Below, piece by piece: positions 29,435 through 38,049 of a DNA stretch of 64,000 nucleotides. The translations under genes and the position numbers were made by a program. The stretch lies in NCBI GenBank assembly GCA_040905465.1, contig JBBDRK010000054.1:12697-76696 (forward strand), given 5' to 3'. Position 1 is the first letter of the stretch, and every line of letters starts with the position of its first letter. The stretch comes from Trueperaceae bacterium (GTDB taxonomy: Bacteria; Deinococcota; Deinococci; Deinococcales; Trueperaceae). The notes beneath the pieces were generated by a model. The model saw nothing but the letters and a program-made list of their open reading frames with translations. It did no database searches and was not told where the DNA came from.

Positions 29435-31116
29435 TGCCGGCTCGAGAGGGCCGGCTGAACAGCGGTGTGACCCTGGAGGAGCGCCGCGATCAGCCGTTTC
29501 GTGAAAGCCACGAGGCGTGGCTGGGACTTGCGCGACAGGTCGAGGCCGACCGGCAGGCGTTGCGTGCCGGTGGGGGCGAGCGCGCGGTGGCGAGGCAACA
29601 CGAGCGGGGCCGCCTGACAGCCCGCGAACGCATTGCCCTGTTGCTGGACGAAGGCGCGGAGTTCGATGAGCTCATGACGTTCGCCGGTTGGCGGATGTAC
29701 CCGGAGGAGGGAGGAGCACCCTCTGGCGGGGTGATCACCGGGATAGGCCCGATTCTGGACCGCGACTGGCTAGTAGTCGCCAACGACGCCACCGTCAAGG
29801 CCGGCGCCTTCTTCCCCATTACCGCCAAGAAGGTTATCCGGGCACAGACCATCGCCATGGAGAACCGGCTGCCGCTCGTGTATCTGGTCGATTCGGCTGG
29901 CGTCTACCTGCCGATGCAGGATGAGATCTTTCCGGACCAGGACGACTTCGGTCGGGTGTTCTACCTGAACGCCCGCCTGAGCGCCCGGGGCGTGCCGCAG
30001 ATAGCGGCGATAATGGGCAACTGCGTCGCCGGCGGAGCCTATCTGCCGGTCATGAGCGACACGCTGCTCATGACGGAGGGATCGGGTCTCTACCTCGCCG
30101 GTCCGGCGCTGGTGAAAGCGGCCATCGGCCAGGAGGTCGACAGCGAGTCGCTCGGAGGAGCGGCCATGCACGCGGAGATCTCCGGTACGGTCGACTACCA
30201 CGAGCCCGACGACCGGGCCGCGTTGCGACGCATCCGCCGTCTGGCCGGTAACTACGCCGTCGGCGGCGAAGCGCCCTGGGCAAGGCAGCGCCGGCCCGCC
30301 ACCGCACCCGCCGAACCGGAGAAGGACCTGACCGGCATCGTGCCGGCACAGGGCGGCAGCCGCCCCTACGAGATGCGCGAGCTGATAGCTCGCCTGGTCG
30401 ACGGCTCGCAGTTCGACGAGTACAAGGCACGCTACGGCAAGACGCTGGTGTGCGGTCACGCCCGGCTGGGCGGTTTTCCGGTGGGGATAGTGGCGAATCA
30501 GCGCCGTGCGGTGAAGACGCGCGGTCGTCTCGAGGTGGGTGGCGTCATTTATGCCGACGCAGCGGACAAGGCGGCCAGGTTCATCCTCAACTGCAATCAG
30601 GGCGGCGTGCCGCTGCTCTTCATCCACGACGTAAGCGGGTTCATGGTCGGCCGCGACAGTGAGGAGCAAGGGATCATCAGGCGCGGCGCCAAGCTCGTCA
30701 ACGCGGTCAGCAACTCGGTAGTGCCGCGCATCTCGTTGATAGTGGGCGGTTCCTACGGTGCCGGCCACTACGCGATGAGCGGGCGCGCCTACGCTCCGCG
30801 ATTCCTGTTCGCCTGGCCCAGCGCACGCTATGCGGTCATGGGTGGCCAACAGGCGGCCAAGACCATACTCGACATACAGGCAGCGCAACTGCGCCGGCGC
30901 GGCGAGAAGCCCGATGACCACACCCTCGAACAGCTCTATCGGCGAATCCGCAGCGACTACGACGAAGCGCTCGACGTTCGTTACGCCGCCGCGCGACTCT
31001 GGGTCGACGAGGTGATCTTGCCTCTGGAGACGCGCCGGCGGCTGATCCGGGCGCTCGAAGCATGTGCTCGGAACCCCGATAGCGAGGAGTTCAAGCTAGG
31101 CGTATTCCAGGTGTGA
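29434..31116 (+). CDS. Acyl-CoA carboxylase carboxyltransferase (beta) subunit, MCCase-like
   Basis: ARERIALLLD, ANDATVKAG, GNCVAGGAY, GSYGAG, KLGVFQV. Confidence 0.93.
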   Translation: MPAREGRLNSGVTLEERRDQPFRESHEAWLGLARQVEADRQALRAGGGERAVARQHERGRLTARERIALLLDEGAEFDELMTFAGWRMYPEEGGAPSGGVITGIGPILDRDWLVVANDATVKAGAFFPITAKKVIRAQTIAMENRLPLVYLVDSAGVYLPMQDEIFPDQDDFGRVFYLNARLSARGVPQIAAIMGNCVAGGAYLPVMSDTLLMTEGSGLYLAGPALVKAAIGQEVDSESLGGAAMHAEISGTVDYHEPDDRAALRRIRRLAGNYAVGGEAPWARQRRPATAPAEPEKDLTGIVPAQGGSRPYEMRELIARLVDGSQFDEYKARYGKTLVCGHARLGGFPVGIVANQRRAVKTRGRLEVGGVIYADAADKAARFILNCNQGGVPLLFIHDVSGFMVGRDSEEQGIIRRGAKLVNAVSNSVVPRISLIVGGSYGAGHYAMSGRAYAPRFLFAWPSARYAVMGGQQAAKTILDIQAAQLRRRGEKPDDHTLEQLYRRIRSDYDEALDVRYAAARLWVDEVILPLETRRRLIRALEACARNPDSEEFKLGVFQV

Positions 31117-31180
31117 GCGCACCGGGCTTCACGCGTAGACTTGCCGGTGTGAGACAACGGCTCCGTCATTGGACGGGCGA

Positions 31181-32866
31181 ATGAGCGTCGGCTTCCTCGC
31201 CCCCCAGTTCCTGTGGGCGCTGCTGGCGCTGCCGTTGGTGGTCGTTCTTCACTTCCTGCGCACCCGCAGGCGCCCGCACCTGGTCTCTGCCCTGTTCCTG
31301 TGGCGCAAGGCGCGCGAGGCGGCCGATGACCGCCGGCGCACGTCACCTACCTGGCTGCTGCTCCTGCAGCTGCTCTTCGCGGCCTTGGCGGCCCTGGCCC
31401 TGGCACGGCCGCTCGTGTCGTTCGAGGGCCGCCCGGACCGGGTGGTGGTGATCGACGCTTCGGCCAGCATGACCGCCCGCGCCCCCGCCGGAACCCGTCT
31501 CGACGAGGCCCGAAGCGTGGCTGAGGAACTCATGGCCGGCAGCGGCCGGGTCGCTCTGGTGCGCGCGGGGCTGGAGGCGGGCGTGAGTGTTCCGCTCACG
31601 GCAGAACGGATCGACCTGCGGCGCGCCTTGCAGGCGTTCGAGGCAGGCGATCGGGACGCCGACCTGGTCAGGGCGCTCGCATTGGCCCACGCCCTCGTGC
31701 CCGAAGGGGAGGTGCACCTGATCAGCGACGGTCCGTCGCCGCCTGCGCGCGGCTTCTTCTACCATCCGGTGGGCGCAAGAGCCGTGAACTACGGGATCAC
31801 CACGTTCGACAGCAGCCTCGGCCAGGCCTACGTTGCGGTCACCTCGAACGACCCGCGCCCTCAGGAGATACCGGTCGAGCTGGTGCGGGACGGCAGCGTA
31901 CTCGCCCGCACTACGCTGCTGGTGCCGGCGATGGGACAGTCGGGAGTGACCTTTCCGGTAGCCGAAGCCGACGGATTCATCGCCGCGCGACTGCAGGTGC
32001 CGCCACAGGACGCCCTGGCGCTCGACGATGTTGCATATGCGGGGCAGCGACGGTTGACGGTAGCCGTGGGCGAGGAGTCGGCGTCGGTCACCCGGGCCCT
32101 GCAGTCGCTGTCGGGCATCGAGTATCGGGTCACGGTCAACGCCGGGGAGGTGACGGCCGACGCGCGGGTCCTGTTCGGAGTCGCCGACGACGAGCTTCCC
32201 CCCGGCAACGTGCTGGTCTTCCGGGCGGCGGCCGAGGAGCCCCGCTACCTGGCGATCCGCGACTGGGATCAGAGCGACAGCCTGCTGCGCTTCGTCGACC
32301 TGCGGGACGTCGTGGTGGGTATATCGCCCGAAGCGCCGAGCGAGGACGAACCGGGCTGGGAAACCTTGGCCCGGGCCGCCAACCTCACCCCGGTCCTGAG
32401 CCGAAGGCGAAACGACGACGGCACCGTGATACGGGCCTCATTTCATCCGAGCCAGACCGACCTGGTCCTGCGACCGGCATTCCCGGCGTTCATGGCCAAC
32501 GCGATGAATGAGTTCCGGGGCCTCTCTACCGTTCCGTTGGGCGCGACCGTAGGCCAGGCGGTAGACGCCGAAGGACGGACGGTGGGGCGAATCCTGGCGC
32601 CCGGCGTCTACCGGCTGCCAGACGGTACGGACGACGGCACGAACGCAGGGATGGTCGCAGCCAGCCTGCTGTCGGCAGGCGAAACGCGCCTGCCCTCACC
32701 GGAAGCGGCGCCCGCCCGGGCCGCCGAGCGGACCGGTGACAGCTCAGAGACGGTGAGTGCCAACCGCGGGCTGGCTCTGTGGCTGGCGCTGGCCGCGGCC
32801 GCCCTGCTGCTGCTGGAGTGGATCGCCTGGTCGCGGGGCGCGACCGGCTGGTTGAGAGGAAATTGA
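31181..32866 (+). CDS. BatA and VWA domain membrane protein
   Basis: FLAPQFLWAL, LALARP, DASASM MIDAS motif, C-terminal LLLEW TM. Confidence 0.85.
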   Translation: MSVGFLAPQFLWALLALPLVVVLHFLRTRRRPHLVSALFLWRKAREAADDRRRTSPTWLLLLQLLFAALAALALARPLVSFEGRPDRVVVIDASASMTARAPAGTRLDEARSVAEELMAGSGRVALVRAGLEAGVSVPLTAERIDLRRALQAFEAGDRDADLVRALALAHALVPEGEVHLISDGPSPPARGFFYHPVGARAVNYGITTFDSSLGQAYVAVTSNDPRPQEIPVELVRDGSVLARTTLLVPAMGQSGVTFPVAEADGFIAARLQVPPQDALALDDVAYAGQRRLTVAVGEESASVTRALQSLSGIEYRVTVNAGEVTADARVLFGVADDELPPGNVLVFRAAAEEPRYLAIRDWDQSDSLLRFVDLRDVVVGISPEAPSEDEPGWETLARAANLTPVLSRRRNDDGTVIRASFHPSQTDLVLRPAFPAFMANAMNEFRGLSTVPLGATVGQAVDAEGRTVGRILAPGVYRLPDGTDDGTNAGMVAASLLSAGETRLPSPEAAPARAAERTGDSSETVSANRGLALWLALAAAALLLLEWIAWSRGATGWLRGN

Positions 32867-32941
32867 CTCCGGACTAGCGTACGTCGATTCACTACCGCCT
32901 CCTTCCATGGTTGCTAGGCTGATGAGCGGAGGAGCCCCCCT

Positions 32942-34003
32942 GTGGTCCGTAGCGATCTCAGCCTGCCGATAGTCATAGCCTTCCTAATTGCTGCGGGACT
33001 GCTGACGCTCAGTACGGCCGCGCCGTCCAACGAGTTCATGCGTCAGTTGCTGTTCTTGGCGGTGTCGGTCGGCGGCTGCGTCCTGGTGCTGTGGGCGGGT
33101 CGCCGGCGGGTGCTCAGGTTCGCGTTTCCGCTGTACTGGCTCACCATCTTCCTGCTGTTGTTGACCCGGGTCATCGGGACCGAGGTAAACGGCGCGCGAT
33201 CATGGCTCGACCTGGGTCCGTTGCCGGGGTTCCAACCATCGGAGTTGTCGAAGATAGCGCTCATCATGGCGCTGGCGGTCACCCTCCACGACCGGCCGAT
33301 TCGCGGTTTCGGAGCTTATGTTCGTCCGGTACTGCTGATGCTGTTGCCGGTCGGCCTTGTCCTGGCCGAGCCCGACCTCGGCAGCGGGCTGGTGCTGGCG
33401 GCCATTGGCGGCGGGCTGCTCCTGGTCAGGGGAATTCCCTGGAGGCACCTGGTTCTGTTCGTCGCCCTGTTCGCGGTAGCCGTTCCCACGGTGGCGTTGC
33501 CGAACCTCAAACCACACCAAAGGGCCCGCCTGGTGTCGTTCCTGAACCCGGCGGCAGACCCCCAGGGAAGCGGATATCAGGTCATCCAGTCGACGATCGC
33601 GGTTGGTTCGGGCGGCCTGCTCGGCAAGGGTTACAAGCAGGGAACCCAGTCGCAGCTCGGCTTCATCCCCTACCGGCATACCGACTTCATCTTCCCTGTG
33701 CTCGCCGAGGAGGGGGGCTTCCTGTCAGCGGTGGCTCTGTTGCTGCTCTACGGCCTGCTCTTCTGGCGGTTGGTGGCGATGGCGGCGGAGTGCCCATTCG
33801 AGCGGGACCAGTTCATCATCATCGGCGTTCTGGTGCTCATCGGCTTCCAGGTAATCGTGAACGTGGGCGTAACGCTGGGGCTTGCCCCGGTCACCGGGAT
33901 AACGCTGCCGCTGGTGTCGTATGGCGGCACCAGCCTGGTATCGACGATGATGGCGCTGGCGCTCGCCTACGTTGCCCACAGGGACCGTTATGGCGACTGG
34001 TAG
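32942..34003 (+). CDS. rodA: SEDS peptidoglycan glycosyltransferase RodA
   Basis: QPSELSK, EPDLG, HTDFIF, GITLPLVSYGGTS. Confidence 0.9.
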   Translation: MVRSDLSLPIVIAFLIAAGLLTLSTAAPSNEFMRQLLFLAVSVGGCVLVLWAGRRRVLRFAFPLYWLTIFLLLLTRVIGTEVNGARSWLDLGPLPGFQPSELSKIALIMALAVTLHDRPIRGFGAYVRPVLLMLLPVGLVLAEPDLGSGLVLAAIGGGLLLVRGIPWRHLVLFVALFAVAVPTVALPNLKPHQRARLVSFLNPAADPQGSGYQVIQSTIAVGSGGLLGKGYKQGTQSQLGFIPYRHTDFIFPVLAEEGGFLSAVALLLLYGLLFWRLVAMAAECPFERDQFIIIGVLVLIGFQVIVNVGVTLGLAPVTGITLPLVSYGGTSLVSTMMALALAYVAHRDRYGDW

Positions 34004-34062
34004 CGGCCTCGGCCGGCGCGGCTCACGTTTCGCAGCGCCACACTGCTGCTACAGTGGCGGCG

Positions 34063-34593
34063 ATGAGACTAAAAGGTGTCTTGATAACCTTCGTGGTGGT
34101 CGTGGGCCTGATCTTCGCGGCGGTGAACTGGCAGGTGCTGTTCGCGGCCACTCCCGTCAACCTACTGGTCGCGACGGTGGAAGTGCCACTGGGAATCTCG
34201 CTGCTGGCGTTCGCCGTGGGCCTGAGTCTGCTCTTCTTTTTGGCGGCGCTTTGGGAGCGTGCCGGTCAGTTGCGTCAGGTAACCCATCAGGAGCGGCTCA
34301 TCGAGGAGTTGCGGGTGCGACTCGACCGCCAGCAGTCGGCGGAGATCGCCTCGCTGGAGGGCGTTCTGGTAGATCGCACCGACCTGATTCGGCAACAGCT
34401 GGAGAACGACAGCGGGCGCGTGGAGGCCAATTTGCGCGAGAGCCTGCTCGAGCTGGAGGAGAGGCTGAACTCGCGAATGGAGACGCTCCAGGAGCGGGTG
34501 GTGATGGTGCGCAACGAGCTGGCGGCCGACATCGGCGAGTTGGAGGGCCGGCTGCAGGGCCCGGATCGCGACGAGGTGCCGGAAACGGGCTGA
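34063..34593 (+). CDS. LapA-like (DUF1049) membrane protein with coiled-coil tail
   Basis: Two N-terminal TMs (FAAVNW...VPLG), long acidic coiled coil. Confidence 0.7.
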   Translation: MRLKGVLITFVVVVGLIFAAVNWQVLFAATPVNLLVATVEVPLGISLLAFAVGLSLLFFLAALWERAGQLRQVTHQERLIEELRVRLDRQQSAEIASLEGVLVDRTDLIRQQLENDSGRVEANLRESLLELEERLNSRMETLQERVVMVRNELAADIGELEGRLQGPDRDEVPETG

Positions 34594-35099
34594 GCGGTCG
34601 GCTGACCTTGGTCCTGTCGTTTCTGCTGGTCGTTGTTCAGGTCGCCTTCGCACAGTCTCTGCTGGCGGCCTCCGGCGAGGTGCCGAGAGAGCTCGGAGCC
34701 GGCGATAGCGGCATCGTGCACCTCAACTTTCGTCTCGACGATCCCGGCCTTAGGTTCGACCGGGGCGTGCTGTTCCTGAACATCGTGGAGAACAGTCGCG
34801 AGCGGAACTACCCGCAAGCGGCGCATAGGGTGTTCTCGGGCGCGTCGGAGGAGCCTGCGATCTTTCGGCGGGTGTTTGACGCCTCCGAACTGTCCGAAGG
34901 GCTGGAGACGGTCCTGCGGTTCCAGACTCGTGGGCGTGCGCCCCCTGGCGAGTACGTGCTGGTGGTCCAGCTCTTCGGTGGAGACCAGACCGATCCGCAC
35001 CGGGTGCGCGCGGAGGACAAGTTGGGGCATGCGTCGTTTCCGTTCCGGATAGTCGATGGCCGTGCCGCTGCCGCCTCGTCACCGGTCGAGAAGGACTGA
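34590..35099 (+). CDS. Hypothetical secreted protein (CTG 34590 or TTG 34608 start)
   Basis: Signal peptide ending AFA-Q; beta-rich mature part. Confidence 0.65.
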   Translation: MSGRLTLVLSFLLVVVQVAFAQSLLAASGEVPRELGAGDSGIVHLNFRLDDPGLRFDRGVLFLNIVENSRERNYPQAAHRVFSGASEEPAIFRRVFDASELSEGLETVLRFQTRGRAPPGEYVLVVQLFGGDQTDPHRVRAEDKLGHASFPFRIVDGRAAAASSPVEKD

Positions 35100-35171
35100 G
35101 CGCCAACCGGGTCGCTCGAAGCGCCACCGTCCGCTACCGGCCCCGGCCGCGGATTCTGATACCTTTACGAT

Positions 35172-35507
35172 ATGAACGAGACGCTGGACAAGGACGTTCT
35201 GCGCGAGCAGATACTGGAGGCCCTCAAGGTCGTCAAGGATCCGGAGATCCCGGTGAACGTGGTGGATCTGGGCCTGATCTACGACGTGCGCATCGAAGAG
35301 GACGGAGCGGTAGATATCGACATGACCCTCACGAGCATGGGCTGCCCTGTCCAGGACATGATCGAGGCAGACACCGAGTTGGCGGCGATGAAGGTAGAAG
35401 GTGTCCGGCGGGTGAATGTCGAGTTCGTCTGGTCGCCGCCCTGGTCGCCCCAGAAGATGACCGATGACGGCAAGAAGCAGATGAAGATGTTCGGCTTCAA
35501 CATCTGA
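35172..35507 (+). CDS. DUF59/SufT-like Fe-S assembly protein
   Basis: DPEIPVNVVDLGLIY, MTLTSMGCP, VWSPPW. Confidence 0.93.
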   Translation: MNETLDKDVLREQILEALKVVKDPEIPVNVVDLGLIYDVRIEEDGAVDIDMTLTSMGCPVQDMIEADTELAAMKVEGVRRVNVEFVWSPPWSPQKMTDDGKKQMKMFGFNI

Positions 35508-35557
35508 ACACGCGCTCCCGTGTCCCCTGAACGGCGTGCGCCGGGTAAGCTGGCCGC

Positions 35558-36178
35558 ATGTTTCTGCGCTGGTGGCGTCGCCGTGATCCGCTCGAGAGGG
35601 CCTGGAAGAACGTCACCAGCCGGCTCGGACTGGTAGCTGCCGAGGACGGCACTGCCGTGGTCACCGAAATGCTGGACTTGCCCGGCGACGTGGTACTCGG
35701 AGCCGTCCATCGGCTGGATCGGGCCGGCGATCTGCAAGCCTACGCCTTCTGGTACCGCCGCTCCCCGCACTCCCGCTCACGTGAACAGGTCGTGGTGATC
35801 GCCTGCCTGCTGGTGGCGGCGAGCCCTATCTCGCCGGTCTCCTGGCGAGCATCACGCAAGCTGCACAATGTCATCGCTTCACTTCAGGCCAGCGCCACCG
35901 GCGGCGAGGTGATCGCGGTCGAAGGCGCCGAAGAGTTCAATCAGCGGGTGACGGTGGTTGCGCGCGAAGGCGAACGCCTGCGCGGGCTGCTTACGCCGGC
36001 AGTCCGGCGCGTTCTCGAGCGCGCGGTCACCAGGCTGGATCCGCCGCCGGCGATAACGGTGGGGGAGAGCAGCATCCTGCTGGCTGCTACCTCGGCCGAA
36101 CCCGCGCTCGACACGGTCGAGTTCCTGTTGAGCGACGTTCTGAGCCTCTATGCTGCCCTGAACGGCGACCCAGGCTGA
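35558..36178 (+). CDS. Hypothetical protein
   Basis: 206-aa ORF; TAAGCT 6 nt upstream of ATG. Confidence 0.65.
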   Translation: MFLRWWRRRDPLERAWKNVTSRLGLVAAEDGTAVVTEMLDLPGDVVLGAVHRLDRAGDLQAYAFWYRRSPHSRSREQVVVIACLLVAASPISPVSWRASRKLHNVIASLQASATGGEVIAVEGAEEFNQRVTVVAREGERLRGLLTPAVRRVLERAVTRLDPPPAITVGESSILLAATSAEPALDTVEFLLSDVLSLYAALNGDPG

Positions 36179-36222
36179 GCGGGCCGCGGTTCCTGCAGCC
36201 GAATTGCCGGCAGCAGGCCGGG

Positions 36223-36681
36223 TCAGTCGCGGTGATACGGATGGCCGGCGCGGATCGTCTCCGCGCGATAGAGCTGCTCGAGCAGCACCAGGCGCGCCAG
36301 TTCGTGGGGAAGCGTCAGCGGCGAGAGGCTCCAGAGCTCGTCGGCGCGATCCCTGACCACATCGGCCAGGCCTCCCGCCCCACCCACGAGCAGCGTCAGC
36401 ATGCTGACGCCGGCAAGCTCGAGCTCGTCGAGCCGGCCAGCGAGCTCCCGGCTGCGAAAGCCCCTGCCCCGTTCATCCAGGGCCGCGACCCGCCCTTCGC
36501 TCAGCGCCAGCAGTGACGCCGCTTCCGCCTGTGGCACCTGGTGGGGAGCGCCGCCCCGGCCCTCTTTCACCTCGACCATCTCGGTGCGTCCGAACACCTG
36601 CAACCGGTCGAGATAGTGCTGACAGGCCTGCTGGTAGAATCCCCGGCGCAATTTGCCGACGGCGGCTATTCGGTAGCGCAC
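36223..36681 (-). CDS. rlmH: 23S rRNA pseudouridine-1915 N3-methyltransferase
   Basis: LDERG, LTLPHELARLVLLEQLYRA, GHPYHR. Confidence 0.96.
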   Translation of the reverse strand: MRYRIAAVGKLRRGFYQQACQHYLDRLQVFGRTEMVEVKEGRGGAPHQVPQAEAASLLALSEGRVAALDERGRGFRSRELAGRLDELELAGVSMLTLLVGGAGGLADVVRDRADELWSLSPLTLPHELARLVLLEQLYRAETIRAGHPYHRD

Positions 36682-36721
36682 GCGGCTCCGGCGCCGGTCG
36701 GCGGCCGAAGCAATCGTGCCG

Positions 36722-37642
36722 TCAGGACCGTTCCTCGGGTCGGCCGGCTCCGGTGCCCGGTTCCGCGTCCCTGTTAGCGTCCTCCTTGGCAGGCGGCAGC
36801 TCGAGTCCGAGCTTGTCCATGAATTCGCGCTGGCGGCTGCGGCGCATTCCGCTCGCCGCCAGTCCGGCCAGGAGCTTGTCCATGTCGATCGCTTCGCGGA
36901 CCAGGTCGAGCTCGCCGCGCGCCAGCGATCGACCCTGCAAGATGTGCTCCTCGAAGGCTTGGTAAGCCATGGGAGCCACCGCCTGCACGCATCGGGCGAT
37001 CGCGTCTCCGTACGCCCTTATTTCGAACTGCGCGTGCCAGTCCATCCGCAGCCGCAGGAAGTGGAACAGGTTGTGCAGGTCCTGCTTCCAGTAGAACTCG
37101 GTATACAGGCCCACCGGAAGGACCTCGCGCGCCATCTCGCGGGCCACGCCGGCTTCCAGCAACTCGTTGTAGGTCTGGTAGCTCCGGCGCAGGGCGGTGT
37201 CGAAAGCTTCGCTGGCGTACTGTGCCGCCGCCGGTTCCACCGGTCCCTCGCCAACCTGGCGACTGCGCTTGCCCTGTGCCCGCACCTGCTCGGGGGTCGG
37301 AAGGTAGAACTCGTCGGGCAGGACGGAATATCTGCCGCTGACCTCGTTCGCGCTCGCGGTGCGGTGTCGCATCGCTTGCCTGGCGACGAAGATCGGAGCC
37401 TTTATGTGCAGGGTCAGCTCCACCATTTCGAACGGAGACGTGTGGCGGTTTCGGAGCAGGAAGTCGATCAGCGCGGCGTCTTCGCGCACGGTCTTGGTGC
37501 CCTCGCCGTAGGAGACCCGCGCCGCCTGGACTATTCGGGCGTCGTTTCCCAGGTAGTCCACCAACCGGACGAAGCCGTGATCCAGCACTCGAATCGGGCT
37601 GTCCAGCATGGCGTCCGCGGCAGGTGAGCTGTTTCTGGCCAT
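36722..37642 (-). CDS. thyX: Flavin-dependent thymidylate synthase
   Basis: RHRTASANEVSGRY, HTSPFE, HAQFEIR; TACAAT upstream of ATG 37642. Confidence 0.96.
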   Translation of the reverse strand: MARNSSPAADAMLDSPIRVLDHGFVRLVDYLGNDARIVQAARVSYGEGTKTVREDAALIDFLLRNRHTSPFEMVELTLHIKAPIFVARQAMRHRTASANEVSGRYSVLPDEFYLPTPEQVRAQGKRSRQVGEGPVEPAAAQYASEAFDTALRRSYQTYNELLEAGVAREMAREVLPVGLYTEFYWKQDLHNLFHFLRLRMDWHAQFEIRAYGDAIARCVQAVAPMAYQAFEEHILQGRSLARGELDLVREAIDMDKLLAGLAASGMRRSRQREFMDKLGLELPPAKEDANRDAEPGTGAGRPEERS

Positions 37643-37819
37643 GAGAGATTGTACCCCGCGCGCCCCGGTCTGAAACTTCCGGATCGCATGAGATGCCGAT
37701 AGGAGTTCAGCTTCCTTTGCCCGGCCACTCTCATGAAAGTGTGATGAGAAACACCTCGAGAAGAGGTAAAATTCACGCGCAAAACCCGTTGTAATCGGCC
37801 TCATTGGGGCCTCACCACA

Positions 37820-37848
37820 TTGACAGAGGCATCCCCCTATGTGATACT
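37820..37848 (+). promoter_or_regulatory. Strong promoter of the S-layer gene
   Basis: TTGACA-17 nt-GATACT with extended TGn. Confidence 0.75.
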
Positions 37849-38049
37849 TTCCCTGGATTTGCGTGAGATCGGGGTCGCACCGGAAGGAGGTGCACCACTT
37901 GAACCGGCTTCGAGAGAACGCATATTCCGGCGGGAACGGTTCACGGACCGAGGCTTTCGGAGGAAACACGGAAACTCCATTTGCCACCGTCCCATGTCAA
38001 CCCCGCCGCAACGAGCACAACTTCATCAAGTTCAAGGGGTACACCAAGA

